Shown here: piece after piece, positions 1-8,260 of the stretch | How positions within the stretch are numbered: position 1 is the stretch's first letter | Layout: each line of letters opens with the position of its first letter | Source: a virus | Lineage: Duplodnaviria > Heunggongvirae > Uroviricota > Caudoviricetes | Direction: 5' to 3' (one strand) | DNA length: 21,605 bases | IMG/VR virus record: IMGVR_UViG_2681813318_000014 | Notes under the pieces: generated by a model | Told to the model about the DNA's origin: nothing | Databases searched by the model: none | The model's input: only the letters and a program-made list of their open reading frames with translations | Program-made: the position numbers and the translations under genes

Positions 1-186
1 TTAGTTTGTTTTACCATCATCAATCGTAATTGTGATTTCATATTTGAAAAGCTTAATGCTGAAATTGAAGCGTGTACTTTTGGCGATAATCATTTTTAAA
101 AGCTGATACACCAGAAGCACCAGAAACACAAAGCAACCTAAGCTTGCGAATCTGTGAGATTCAGCAATTGTTTCAAGAAAGCCCAT
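1..186 (-). CDS. small predicted membrane protein (61 aa), divergent from the RHH regulator gene
   Basis: ATG at 186 with AAGGGG RBS about 6 nt upstream; hydrophobic stretch LGCFVFLVLLVYQLL; stop at 1-3; own consensus-like promoter (237-265, minus strand). Confidence 0.35.
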   Translation of the reverse strand: MGFLETIAESHRFASLGCFVFLVLLVYQLLKMIIAKSTRFNFSIKLFKYEITITIDDGKTN

Positions 187-236
187 TAATTCCCCTTATT
201 TATCAAAGGGAATGACCTGTATCAGCCCCTGTAACC

Positions 237-287
237 ATAATATCATGTAAATGAGATGTTGACAATATGTTAAATAAATGTTAAGAT
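237..287. promoter_or_regulatory. divergent face-to-face sigma70 promoters with overlapping -35 boxes
   Basis: Plus strand: TTGACA 259-264, 17-bp spacer, TG-n-TAAGAT 279-287 (extended -10), driving the 323 gene. Minus strand: TTGTCA (complement of 260-265), 17-bp spacer, TATTAT (complement of 237-242), driving the 1..186 gene. Confidence 0.45.
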
Positions 288-322
288 TGTAGTATGAGTA
301 AGAGATTTAAGGAGATTTTACA

Positions 323-613
323 ATGACTCACACAGTTACGCGCCTTTTGCCAGAGGCATTTGAACGACTGGCAGCAATCAAAGCCAAATATCCCGATATG
401 AAGCACACAGCGCTTGTTGGGGAGATTTTAAAAGAGTCGGTAAACCTTAGCCCTTTCGATAACGTTAAGGGCGTTGCAGAGGGTTCTAAGGCCATCAGAA
501 TCACAACAGGCCAACTGGAACTACTCAAAGCACAGTCCGCAGTAGCAGGCTGCTCAATGATTCAGGTCTTGAGCGATAAGGTTTGCAAGCTTGCTGATAA
601 ATTGGAGGTTTAA
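323..613 (+). CDS. putative DNA-binding regulator with two ribbon-helix-helix-like repeats (CopG/Arc/Mnt type), 96 aa
   Basis: ATG 323 with AAGGAG 8 nt upstream; two segments with beta-strand-then-two-helices pattern (TRLLPEAFERLAAIKAKY... and IRITTGQLELLKAQSAVAGCSMIQVL); stop TAA overlaps next ATG (TAATG). Confidence 0.55.
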   Translation: MTHTVTRLLPEAFERLAAIKAKYPDMKHTALVGEILKESVNLSPFDNVKGVAEGSKAIRITTGQLELLKAQSAVAGCSMIQVLSDKVCKLADKLEV

Positions 614-999
614 TGTATGACTTTTATAAACATCGTGACCATTTGGTAAGATTTGACGGTAGAGTCTGGAAAGACATAACAGAAACCAATAAACCCAAGT
701 TTACCCACCAGCAATTAGCCTCAAGATTTGATATCTGGACTGAAGCACAAAAAGATAATGGTGATTTCGAGTTTATCAGGGGTTTTGATTATGCTTACGA
801 AGACGACCTTAAAGACGCCATTAAATTAATTGAAAATTTTAATGGAAATAATTCTGGTGACAAACACAAAGCCAATGGTAATCGGTATGACAGGGAGTTA
901 ATTCTTGATGCCATTTCCAGAGGTCAATCACAAAGTTATATTTCTGAGAAATACGGTTTATCACGCAGTCAATACTACAAGATTAAAGCGTCTGTGTAA
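613..999 (+). CDS. hypothetical protein with C-terminal helix-turn-helix (128 aa)
   Basis: ATG 613 overlapping upstream stop, GGAGG RBS at 604-608; C-terminal DRELILDAISRGQSQSYISEKYGLSRSQYYKIK resembles recombinase/terminase-small-subunit type HTH. Confidence 0.5.
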   Translation: MYDFYKHRDHLVRFDGRVWKDITETNKPKFTHQQLASRFDIWTEAQKDNGDFEFIRGFDYAYEDDLKDAIKLIENFNGNNSGDKHKANGNRYDRELILDAISRGQSQSYISEKYGLSRSQYYKIKASV

Positions 1000-1136
1000 G
1001 CCTGTGAGAATGAGTGAGACTCAAAGATGAGCTACCCTATTACTAAGGTGTCTCACTCCCTCTGTAACCCGCATGGTTACTGGCCTCAGAATGGCTATTT
1101 TGGCAGATTTAAGATGTGTTTTAGAGGAATTTAAAA

Positions 1137-1460
1137 ATGAATAATCACCCAATGCAAATTTTCGTTGATAACGACACCGCTATGATGATTCAGGCTTTCA
1201 CTGATGTAGGTGTTAGCATTGACTTTGATAAGTTGTTAGAGTTAATGGCTGATAATGCGGAAAGCATCTCTGACTTTATTCACTCGGTGGAGTTTAACGA
1301 GCCTCGAATGATGCTACCAATTAAAGACAGCAACATGAAAAGATTGGTTATCGAGCAAACGAACAAATACAGCGTTAGCCCTGAAAAATATCTCAAGGCA
1401 GCTATAGCAATTTTGTACAGCGATAATATTCTGGTGACGGATTCGAAGGTGGTGCATTAA
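1137..1460 (+). CDS. hypothetical protein (107 aa)
   Basis: ATG 1137 with GAGGAA RBS 7 nt upstream; no recognisable motif. Confidence 0.5.
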   Translation: MNNHPMQIFVDNDTAMMIQAFTDVGVSIDFDKLLELMADNAESISDFIHSVEFNEPRMMLPIKDSNMKRLVIEQTNKYSVSPEKYLKAAIAILYSDNILVTDSKVVH

Positions 1461-1537
1461 TGGGTTTAATAATTGCTTGGACGCTGTTAGGGTTATTTGT
1501 TGGTTGCTGGATGGGTAACACAGTAAATAAGAATTGA
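1460..1537 (+). CDS. possible 25-aa hydrophobic peptide (MGLIIAWTLLGLFVGCWMGNTVNKN)
   Basis: ATG overlaps the upstream TAA (TAATG); AAGGTGG-like RBS 7 nt upstream; single transmembrane-like segment; below the ORF-track size cutoff. Confidence 0.3.
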   Translation: MGLIIAWTLLGLFVGCWMGNTVNKN

Positions 1538-1561
1538 TGTTACCAATCTGTTAAAAAGCTG

Positions 1562-1590
1562 TTGACAAATAACCTTAAACATGACATAAT
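1562..1590 (+). promoter_or_regulatory. near-consensus sigma70 promoter (TTGACA-17-CATAAT with TG extension)
   Basis: TTGACA 1562-1567, 17-bp spacer, TGaCATAAT 1582-1590; followed by AGAGAG/CTCTCT hairpin at 1610-1626 and about 430 nt without an ORF before the 2023 gene. Confidence 0.45.
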
Positions 1591-1760
1591 TTTAATTATA
1601 GAGAGAATTGCTCTCTTATTTCTTTCAACAATTCCATCTACATCTAGGGATAGTTATTCTGAAAGGTGCAATGCTTTTCGCTACATGGCCTATTTAGCCC
1701 ACTAGATAGGCTATATATCAAAAAGTGCTTAATCATTCATTATTGAACCCTTACAGCTTT

Positions 1761-1788
1761 GCCCTAATCATGAGTTAGGGCTTTCTTT
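1761..1788 (+). terminator. intrinsic-terminator-like hairpin
   Basis: GCCCTAA (1761-1767), 7-nt loop, TTAGGGC (1775-1781), then TTTCTTT. Confidence 0.4.
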
Positions 1789-1857
1789 AAGAGTTTTTAA
1801 ACAGAGCTTTTAAAGAAAGTTTTTCCTGAAACTTCGTTAACGTTAAAGCAAACCTTC

Positions 1858-1901
1858 AAAGCCCTTCACAGATAAGGATGAACCTATGTTTAGGGCTTTT
1901 T
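1858..1901 (+). terminator. second terminator-like hairpin in the leader
   Basis: AAGCCCT (1858-1864) pairs with AGGGCTT (1891-1897), followed by a T6 run; the loop is long (about 26 nt), so the structure may be more complex. Confidence 0.3.
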
Positions 1902-2022
1902 TCAGCTTTTAAAAAGCATACTTGGCAAACCGCCTTTTAAGCCTCTTCTAAGTTTAGATAGGCTGTCAGGTGTGCTTTTTAAAAACTGAAACATAAATTA
2001 TCTTAGAAGAGGAAAAATAATA

Positions 2023-2727
2023 ATGTCTATCCGTGATGAACATGAAATGATTATCGAAAACAAACCAAGTGCACTTGATATTCACGAATTAAGTTTGCGT
2101 GAATCTTTTGATAGAGCTTGGCGGGAATCACACGAAGTAAATAAAGGTCCATATATTCCACCAGAACCACTCGAGATTCCAAGAGTTGAAATTGATTTTT
2201 CTATGAACGAACGGTGTGAACTTGATTTGAAGTTGAAGCTACAACGCCGATATTTCCAAGCTATTAAAGACTCTCAAGAAGCAATGAGAAGTGTTTACGA
2301 GAAAATTCAGTCCAAGCTTGAAGACGAAATTGACGAAATGGCTATTTTGATGGAGCTTCAAACCAATTCTTATGCTTATTTCTCTCGACTAGACCGTGAC
2401 GGTTGGGGGTATGACCCTGTAGAGATTGGTAAAGTGATTGCAGATTTACCAGAAGGTCAAAGAGTTGTTCGTACAGAAAGAGCCATTAGAGCGCCACATC
2501 GACTGTCTCTAATTGTTGCTGATAAATCACAAGCTGAGCTTGAAGAAATTGCCAAAGAGAAACTGATGAAAGCAAGAGAAAATGAGATTAATTTGCTGAA
2601 ATCAAGACTGGCTAAGCTGATTAGTGACCATCAAGCGCTGGCTAAGGAGTACCGTCAAGAGTTGGCACAGATTATCAGCTTCAATGATTTTCTGAGTGTT
2701 CCACGAGAATTTAGCAAGGCTGTTTAA
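2023..2727 (+). CDS. hypothetical protein, charged/helical (234 aa)
   Basis: ATG 2023 with GAGGA RBS; composition rich in E/K/R/L suggests coiled coil; no recognised motif. Confidence 0.55.
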   Translation: MSIRDEHEMIIENKPSALDIHELSLRESFDRAWRESHEVNKGPYIPPEPLEIPRVEIDFSMNERCELDLKLKLQRRYFQAIKDSQEAMRSVYEKIQSKLEDEIDEMAILMELQTNSYAYFSRLDRDGWGYDPVEIGKVIADLPEGQRVVRTERAIRAPHRLSLIVADKSQAELEEIAKEKLMKARENEINLLKSRLAKLISDHQALAKEYRQELAQIISFNDFLSVPREFSKAV

Positions 2728-2749
2728 TTATGCATATGTGAGGTGATGA

Positions 2750-2965
2750 ATGATTGATTTAACAGAACGCTATGAAACTATTCGGTCTGTTTGTGAAAAC
2801 TTAAAGTTACAAACTAAACCAGCCTTAAGAATTAAAAGCAAACATCAAATTATCACCTCACGCAAACCAAAAACACGCAAGATTCCAAAGTGGTGTATCG
2901 ACCGTATCCCTTCCGATGCTCAAATTATAGGTGAAACGGAACTACATTATCTTGTCAGGCATTAA
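2750..2965 (+). CDS. small basic hypothetical protein (71 aa)
   Basis: ATG 2750 with GAGGTG RBS; K/R-rich. Confidence 0.45.
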   Translation: MIDLTERYETIRSVCENLKLQTKPALRIKSKHQIITSRKPKTRKIPKWCIDRIPSDAQIIGETELHYLVRH

Positions 2966-3062
2966 AAAAGAATGGTTGGGTGTATGAGATAGGTTCTATC
3001 GAATCTATAACACGGGGAGAGATTATCGAGTGATATCGGTAGTTTCTCCCTTTTTTGTATGT

Positions 3063-3129
3063 GTGCTACGTGAAATCTTCTGAACAGATATACCCACCAA
3101 AAATTATTTTTTACGTAGCTCACGCTTAA
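3063..3129. repeat. about 65-bp conserved element, copy A, immediately upstream of the tape-measure-like gene
   Basis: CTACGTGAA...ATACCCAC-CAAAAATTATTTTTTACGTAGCTCACGCTTAA; a 32-bp core is identical to copy B at 5326-5392; contains the internal inverted repeat GCTACGT...ACGTAGC about 41 bp apart. Confidence 0.6.
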
Positions 3130-3147
3130 AGAGGTGAAAAAATATGA

Positions 3148-5316
3148 ATGGCACAATTTAAAGTTGATGATTTTCTGATTGAGTTAAGTTTTAACTCTCA
3201 GAAAGTTTTAAAAGGCTTGGAAAAAGCCGAGAAACAAACGATGCAGGTAGCATCACGAATTGAGAAGCGATTGAATAAAGCTTTTAAAGTTAACCCTACG
3301 CCTTTAAATGATTCTCTCAAGGTCATGGAAAGAAATGTCGATAAAACTGTTTCCAAGATTGAGCAGCGTCTTAAAAACACTAGAGTGTTTAAGATTAAAA
3401 CGGAAATTGAGGATACTTTAAAGCCACTTAGACAACCAAGACAGCCACGAATTAGCGGCAACAGAGCAATCACAGCAGCTTACTCAGCGAATATGAGCAA
3501 GCTAAAAGGCTTTGACCCTATTTTGCAGAAATACATCAAATCTCAGTTTTACGGGCTATCTGCTAAAGCCGGGTCAATGGATAATTCAAAATTCAATGAG
3601 AAGCTGGCTCAGCTAAATGCTTCAGTCAGAGAAGCAATTGCTAAAGCTAAAGGTCATACATCCACCAGCATTAATAATACAAGCGACGCATTTAATAATC
3701 TTGCAAGCAATGCAATTAAGTTATCTGGTGCATTTTACTCTGTGATGGGTGCTCTTAACGCTTACAAGGCCATTATGAATGCAGGTCTTAAACGAGATTC
3801 CGCACAGAGAGCCGCTAAGTTTGTACTTGGTGATAAAGCATCTGAGGCTGAAACATTTATCAGGGGACTGGCTGACAAGACAGGTCTTAATATCTCTGAA
3901 GGGCTATCAAGCTACGCTAAGTTTGCAGCAGGTGCTCAGGGTTCTATGTCACAGGAACAGACACAGGAGCTATTTGGTAATGCAACGGCTATGAGTCGCT
4001 TAATGGGGCTTAGTAATGATGAGCTAAACGGCATTTTGAAAGCTTTTGAGCAGATGGCTTCTAAGGGCAAGATTCAGGCTGAAGAATTACGTGGGCAGTT
4101 AGGTGACCGTATGGCTGGTGCATTTAAGCTATTCGCTGAAGCACTGGGTATGACTGCTACAGAGCTTGATAAAGCGATGAAAGACGGGAAGATTTTAAGT
4201 AGTGATACTCTCCCTAAAGTCGCTAAACAGATGGGCTTGATGATTGATAAAGCGGGTGGCTGGGCTGAAGTCGCTAAGAGCACCCAGACAGCTTTAGGTA
4301 AGTTAGCAAACAACTGGGATGATACGATGGTGAAAATCTTCTCAGGTTCACAGGATGAGCTAAACGGCTTCTTATCCAGCCTGAGTAACCTGCTTAGTGA
4401 AATGGGGATGAGTTCTTCTATCGCTGGTGATGCTATCGGTGGGCTTATCGACATGCTTAAAGCTGGTGTAGATGATATTCGCGTATTCAATAACACCATT
4501 GAAGGCTGGATTTTACAGGTTAAAAAGTTCTATTACAGCCTTGATGACACTAAACGAAAACTACTTGATGAAGTCGGTGATGGTTTTATCAATTTTGTCA
4601 AAGGTCTTGCTATAGCGTTATCTGCAAAGACGCTATTCAGTGCCACTACAGGGGTTATGAACCTGACAAGAGCAATCACAACGTTAGGTACAAGAGCTAA
4701 TCAGGTGGCTGGTCAGGTAGCTACTGGTAAAGGTGGTGAAAAACTGAAAGGTGTAGCTGGTGGTGTAGGTAGTGCTCTTGCAATTGGTTATGCTGATGAC
4801 GGTTATGAAACAGCGTTAGCATTAGCTTCAATGATTCCACAAATCAGAGGTGTCACCCTTGGTTTATATGCATTGAAGAAAGCACTGGATTTTATGAATC
4901 AGGAAGTAGTCAAAAACGCTAACATGCATCCATCTGGGGTAGGTGTGGGTAGTGACTTTAATCCTGTGTATTCTGGTGACCCTAATAAACCGAATATGAT
5001 TAATGAAGGGTGGATTAAAATTTTTAGTTCAATGGGTGAATTGTTTAACAATGCCACAATGAATATTGCAAGATTCAATCATCCAGAATTAAACAACATT
5101 AAGCAAGAAGCATCACTAACCAGCGCAGATATTCAAAGTCTGAGGGATGAAATCTCTGCTTTAAGTAAGCGTATTCAGGAGCCTGTGAAAGTTTCACTTG
5201 GTGGTGAAGTTGCCATTAAACCAGATGAAACATCGTTTATGACCTTTAGCGGTAATATTTACGACCAATACGCAGAAGCTACGCTATTAAGTTCATCATT
5301 TCCAGAAGATGATTGA
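3148..5316 (+). CDS. tape-measure-domain protein (phage tail length tape measure-like), 722 aa
   Basis: Segment LKAFEQMASKGKIQAEELRGQLGDRMAGAFKLFAEALGMTATELDKAMKDGKILSSDTLP matches the conserved tape-measure motif as recalled from memory; central Gly/Ala-rich hydrophobic segments; GAGGTG RBS upstream. Confidence 0.7.
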   Translation: MAQFKVDDFLIELSFNSQKVLKGLEKAEKQTMQVASRIEKRLNKAFKVNPTPLNDSLKVMERNVDKTVSKIEQRLKNTRVFKIKTEIEDTLKPLRQPRQPRISGNRAITAAYSANMSKLKGFDPILQKYIKSQFYGLSAKAGSMDNSKFNEKLAQLNASVREAIAKAKGHTSTSINNTSDAFNNLASNAIKLSGAFYSVMGALNAYKAIMNAGLKRDSAQRAAKFVLGDKASEAETFIRGLADKTGLNISEGLSSYAKFAAGAQGSMSQEQTQELFGNATAMSRLMGLSNDELNGILKAFEQMASKGKIQAEELRGQLGDRMAGAFKLFAEALGMTATELDKAMKDGKILSSDTLPKVAKQMGLMIDKAGGWAEVAKSTQTALGKLANNWDDTMVKIFSGSQDELNGFLSSLSNLLSEMGMSSSIAGDAIGGLIDMLKAGVDDIRVFNNTIEGWILQVKKFYYSLDDTKRKLLDEVGDGFINFVKGLAIALSAKTLFSATTGVMNLTRAITTLGTRANQVAGQVATGKGGEKLKGVAGGVGSALAIGYADDGYETALALASMIPQIRGVTLGLYALKKALDFMNQEVVKNANMHPSGVGVGSDFNPVYSGDPNKPNMINEGWIKIFSSMGELFNNATMNIARFNHPELNNIKQEASLTSADIQSLRDEISALSKRIQEPVKVSLGGEVAIKPDETSFMTFSGNIYDQYAEATLLSSSFPEDD

Positions 5317-5325
5317 TTTAACGGT

Positions 5326-5392
5326 GTTCTACGTGAATAAAGCAAAGTTAATACCCACACCAAAAATTATTTTTTACGTAGCTCACGCTTAA
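5326..5392. repeat. about 65-bp conserved element, copy B, immediately upstream of the 5473 gene
   Basis: CTACGTGAA...ATACCCACACCAAAAATTATTTTTTACGTAGCTCACGCTTAA; same core and same internal inverted repeat as copy A. Confidence 0.6.
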
Positions 5393-5472
5393 CAGAGAAA
5401 ACACTTATATATCAAAGGCTTGGTTAAAAATGATTAAAATACACTAAGCCTTTGAAATCAAAGGAGAATTTA

Positions 5473-6261
5473 ATGATTTTTAGCAATCAAATCCGCTACA
5501 GTGGCAAAGATGGCATCTATTTCCACTTAAGAGATAATGTAGATGCCTTCTTAACTTTATCAGCTACTGAAAACATGGAATTTGACAGCCCTATGCAGGT
5601 CACTACACAAAACATGCAATCAGGGCAAACCGTCACAGATAATGTGCAAAGAGCACCCAGAACAATCACTATTAGTGGTGTCGTTGTAGTTGGCTATGAA
5701 GGGAGCTTATTATTAACTCGTCAGGGCCAGTTAGTAGAAAACTTCATCGACACTCTTGAAAGCTGGAGAGACCAGAAACAAATTATTTCAGTGATTTGTA
5801 AAGATGGTATCAAGATTGATGACTCAATTATTACCAACTTTAAAGCCTCTAAAGATGTTACTATCTCTAACGGTCTTCGTATCCAGCTAACTTTTCAGGA
5901 AATTAACTTCAAAGCCGTTGTGGGTCAAACTGATATTTCAGCAGCAACTGGAAAGACCGCTACTACAAATGATGGTGGTGTGACCAGTAAGAAGAATGCA
6001 GGTAACGTGACCACTGAACGCAATAACGCGCCTATGCTATCGTGCAAAGAGTTAATGAGTATTAACGATGTATCCGGTTACGCTCCAGCTATCAGAAATG
6101 ATATTCTCGATGCTCAGATTAAATGTAATAAGGCTTGGAAGCTGGATTATTCAGACTTAACAGAAGCTGAAAAAACCAACGTCACCAATGCTAACAGTAA
6201 CGCTGGTCGAGTAGCTTCAAAGCTTAAAAAGTACTCAGTGAACCCTCACAAAAAATACTAA
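5473..6261 (+). CDS. hypothetical beta-rich protein (262 aa), possibly a distal tail component
   Basis: ATG 5473 with AAGGAG 6 nt upstream (the track start at 5452 is a TTG with no RBS); position directly after a tape-measure gene; functional call is by position only. Confidence 0.5.
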   Translation: MIFSNQIRYSGKDGIYFHLRDNVDAFLTLSATENMEFDSPMQVTTQNMQSGQTVTDNVQRAPRTITISGVVVVGYEGSLLLTRQGQLVENFIDTLESWRDQKQIISVICKDGIKIDDSIITNFKASKDVTISNGLRIQLTFQEINFKAVVGQTDISAATGKTATTNDGGVTSKKNAGNVTTERNNAPMLSCKELMSINDVSGYAPAIRNDILDAQIKCNKAWKLDYSDLTEAEKTNVTNANSNAGRVASKLKKYSVNPHKKY

Positions 6262-6303
6262 ATCTCTACTACATCAACATCTATTAAACCCCTCTCAGTG
6301 ACT

Positions 6304-7782
6304 TCAGAAAGCGACTGTATAGCCTCTGTAACGTTGTCTGAGGGGTTTTCTGTTATTGGTAGGGTGGATTGACTTACTATTGTGAAAAGTTACTTTACAG
6401 CGACGTTTAGCAGTATTTAAAACGACCTCTTTAACAGCACTTTTGATTATCAGTTGTGCTTCAATCCTTCCCGCCTTTGTAGTCAAGTCACAATCAGACA
6501 AACACCCCACATCAATAGATTTAAGGCGTTGTGTCTCCTTCTCGATATCCGCATCAACCTGTGATAGCTCACCTTTTAACTGTTTTAGTTTGCTGGTAAT
6601 AGCGGACAAGTCTTCAATTTCAAGTGATAGCTGTACCAGCTTTTCAATATTGCTTGAGATGTGTTCACGGTGTAGCCTCAACATATCTATGGTATTCGTC
6701 ATATCGCTATCAAATCGGTCAAGACGAGATAGCAGGGTAAGTAATGTACCATCGGTTTGCTTACGTGACAGCCCTTTAGCACTACAACGGTTTTCATTAC
6801 GAAGAGGACAACGATAAATCCCGCTTCTTGTATCGCTAAAGCCTGTGATAATCAAAGCATGACCACATTCAGAACAACGGATAACACCTTTAAAGAGATT
6901 CACACTCAATGGTTTATCTGAAACAGGTTTTCTTCCATAACGAGAATATGATAGTTGCTGGACTTTGTAGAAATCAGTCTCAGGGATGATAGAGGGGAAA
7001 TAACCAGTTATCTCCTCACAGCCTTTAGGTGTGAAGTAACCAATTACAGAGCGATTCTTCAGAAGGTCTTGCACTGAGGTTTGACCAAACTTACCCGCTT
7101 TATATTGGTTAAGTGTCTGGTGACCTTCATCATTAAGAGTCCTGACAATCTCCCAGATAGACTTACCCTCTAACCGTAGCTGAAAGCACCTCTTCACAGT
7201 CTCCACTTTCTCAGGTATCACAGAGAAGCTTTTACGGTCATCATTCAGCCTTAACCATGCAGGACAACGCTTAGAAATCTTGATACCTTCAGAGATGAGT
7301 TCTTTTTTACGGTTCCATGCAGCTTGTATACGCTCAGACTTCCTCAAACTCTCCTCATGCGACCGCTGCATTATCAGAATGCTTTTAATCAGAGCTAACG
7401 GGTCTTTAAGAGATTCCCTTGTGTAATGTTCACCATCGGACAAGGTGACTACATCTACACCAGAGCGAAGAATGTTTCGTAATAGCTCACTTGCTCGGTC
7501 TACGTTCTGGCGTGACAAACGGTCAAGAGATTCTATCAAGAGCGTATCACCAGCTTTAACAAGCCCTTTCTCGATAGCGGTTAAAAAGTCACCTAAGCCA
7601 CCTTTCAAGTGCTTACCAGTAAACCCGCTAACGCCTAAATCACGGAAGGATAAATCTTGGTCAAGGTAGTACTCAGGATGAGCCTTAAGCCAGTCATTAA
7701 CCATCTTAGACTGTCTGCGTAGTGAATCACCTCGGGATTGCTTCTCAGATGAAAACCTGATGTAAGAAATGGCACGTTTCAT
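6304..7782 (-). CDS. large serine recombinase (integrase/resolvase family), 492 aa
   Basis: N-terminal resolvase-type catalytic region with Ser in AISYIRFSSEKQ; long recombinase domain; Cys-rich zinc-ribbon-like segment CSECGH...CP; C-terminal coiled coil; GGTGAGGTG RBS; at the edge of the AT-rich block next to chromosomal DNA. Confidence 0.85.
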   Translation of the reverse strand: MKRAISYIRFSSEKQSRGDSLRRQSKMVNDWLKAHPEYYLDQDLSFRDLGVSGFTGKHLKGGLGDFLTAIEKGLVKAGDTLLIESLDRLSRQNVDRASELLRNILRSGVDVVTLSDGEHYTRESLKDPLALIKSILIMQRSHEESLRKSERIQAAWNRKKELISEGIKISKRCPAWLRLNDDRKSFSVIPEKVETVKRCFQLRLEGKSIWEIVRTLNDEGHQTLNQYKAGKFGQTSVQDLLKNRSVIGYFTPKGCEEITGYFPSIIPETDFYKVQQLSYSRYGRKPVSDKPLSVNLFKGVIRCSECGHALIITGFSDTRSGIYRCPLRNENRCSAKGLSRKQTDGTLLTLLSRLDRFDSDMTNTIDMLRLHREHISSNIEKLVQLSLEIEDLSAITSKLKQLKGELSQVDADIEKETQRLKSIDVGCLSDCDLTTKAGRIEAQLIIKSAVKEVVLNTAKRRCKVTFHNSKSIHPTNNRKPLRQRYRGYTVAF

Positions 7783-7832
7783 TGTTCACCTCACCTAATA
7801 ACCCCTAGATTGTATCGCTTTAGGTGGTGTAT

Positions 7833-8234
7833 TTAAACGTGTCTAATAAAAATCACCCGATTAACGCCGCGCTGATGTAAACCGCGATTAAGCGTTTGTT
7901 CCTCTTCCCCTTTGGCGAAAAACTGTGGATGGCGGACTTCCACACCATAATTAAATTCGCCAGGGAGAGAATCGAGAAAATGCCAAAGCGCAGGCAGCTC
8001 CCGTGGGCCGAATGTGGCAGGCAGTTGCAGCCAGTATTGCCCAATGCGCGGAGCCAACGGTGACATGCGGGTCAAAAATTCAGTCACTAAATCATCGCAA
8101 TGTCGTAATGCTGCCTGATGCGAAATGGTCGCCGGAAACTTAAAACAGAAGCGGAAGTCATCTGTGGTCTGTTCACGCCAGCGCAGGACAACCTCGGGTT
8201 TCGGCAGGGCGTAAAGCGTGGTGTTGCCCTCCAC
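7833..8234 (-). pseudogene. yecE: fragment of a chromosomal DUF72-family gene (consistent with yecE), missing both ends
   Basis: GC-richer composition than both flanks; sequence CVEGNTTLYALPKPEVVLRWREQTTDDFRFCFKFPATISH fits the conserved DUF72 N-proximal pattern as recalled; no native start (frame open into the integrase 3' end); only about 133 codons versus roughly 270 expected. Confidence 0.5.
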
Positions 8235-8260
8235 GCAGTTAACATGACGGGTATTAAGGA

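Noticed and set aside
3198-4499. Minus-strand ORFs (3198..3473, 4074..4499) and a plus-strand alternate-frame ORF (3779..3994) inside the tape-measure-like gene
   Set aside because: Fully contained in a much longer ORF with a strong protein signature; no RBS; compositions typical of off-frame readings
6262-6348. Inverted repeat AACCCCTC...GAGGGGTT between the convergent 5473 gene and the recombinase gene
   Set aside because: The right arm lies inside the recombinase coding region and the loop is about 45 nt; more likely coincidental than a bidirectional terminator
6443-7669. Plus-strand ORFs 6443..6817 and 7445..7669 inside the serine recombinase gene
   Set aside because: Antisense to a well-supported long ORF; Ser/Arg/Cys-rich off-frame composition
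7853-8044. Second minus-strand ORF within the chromosomal fragment
   Set aside because: Alternate frame of the DUF72 fragment, hydrophobic off-frame composition
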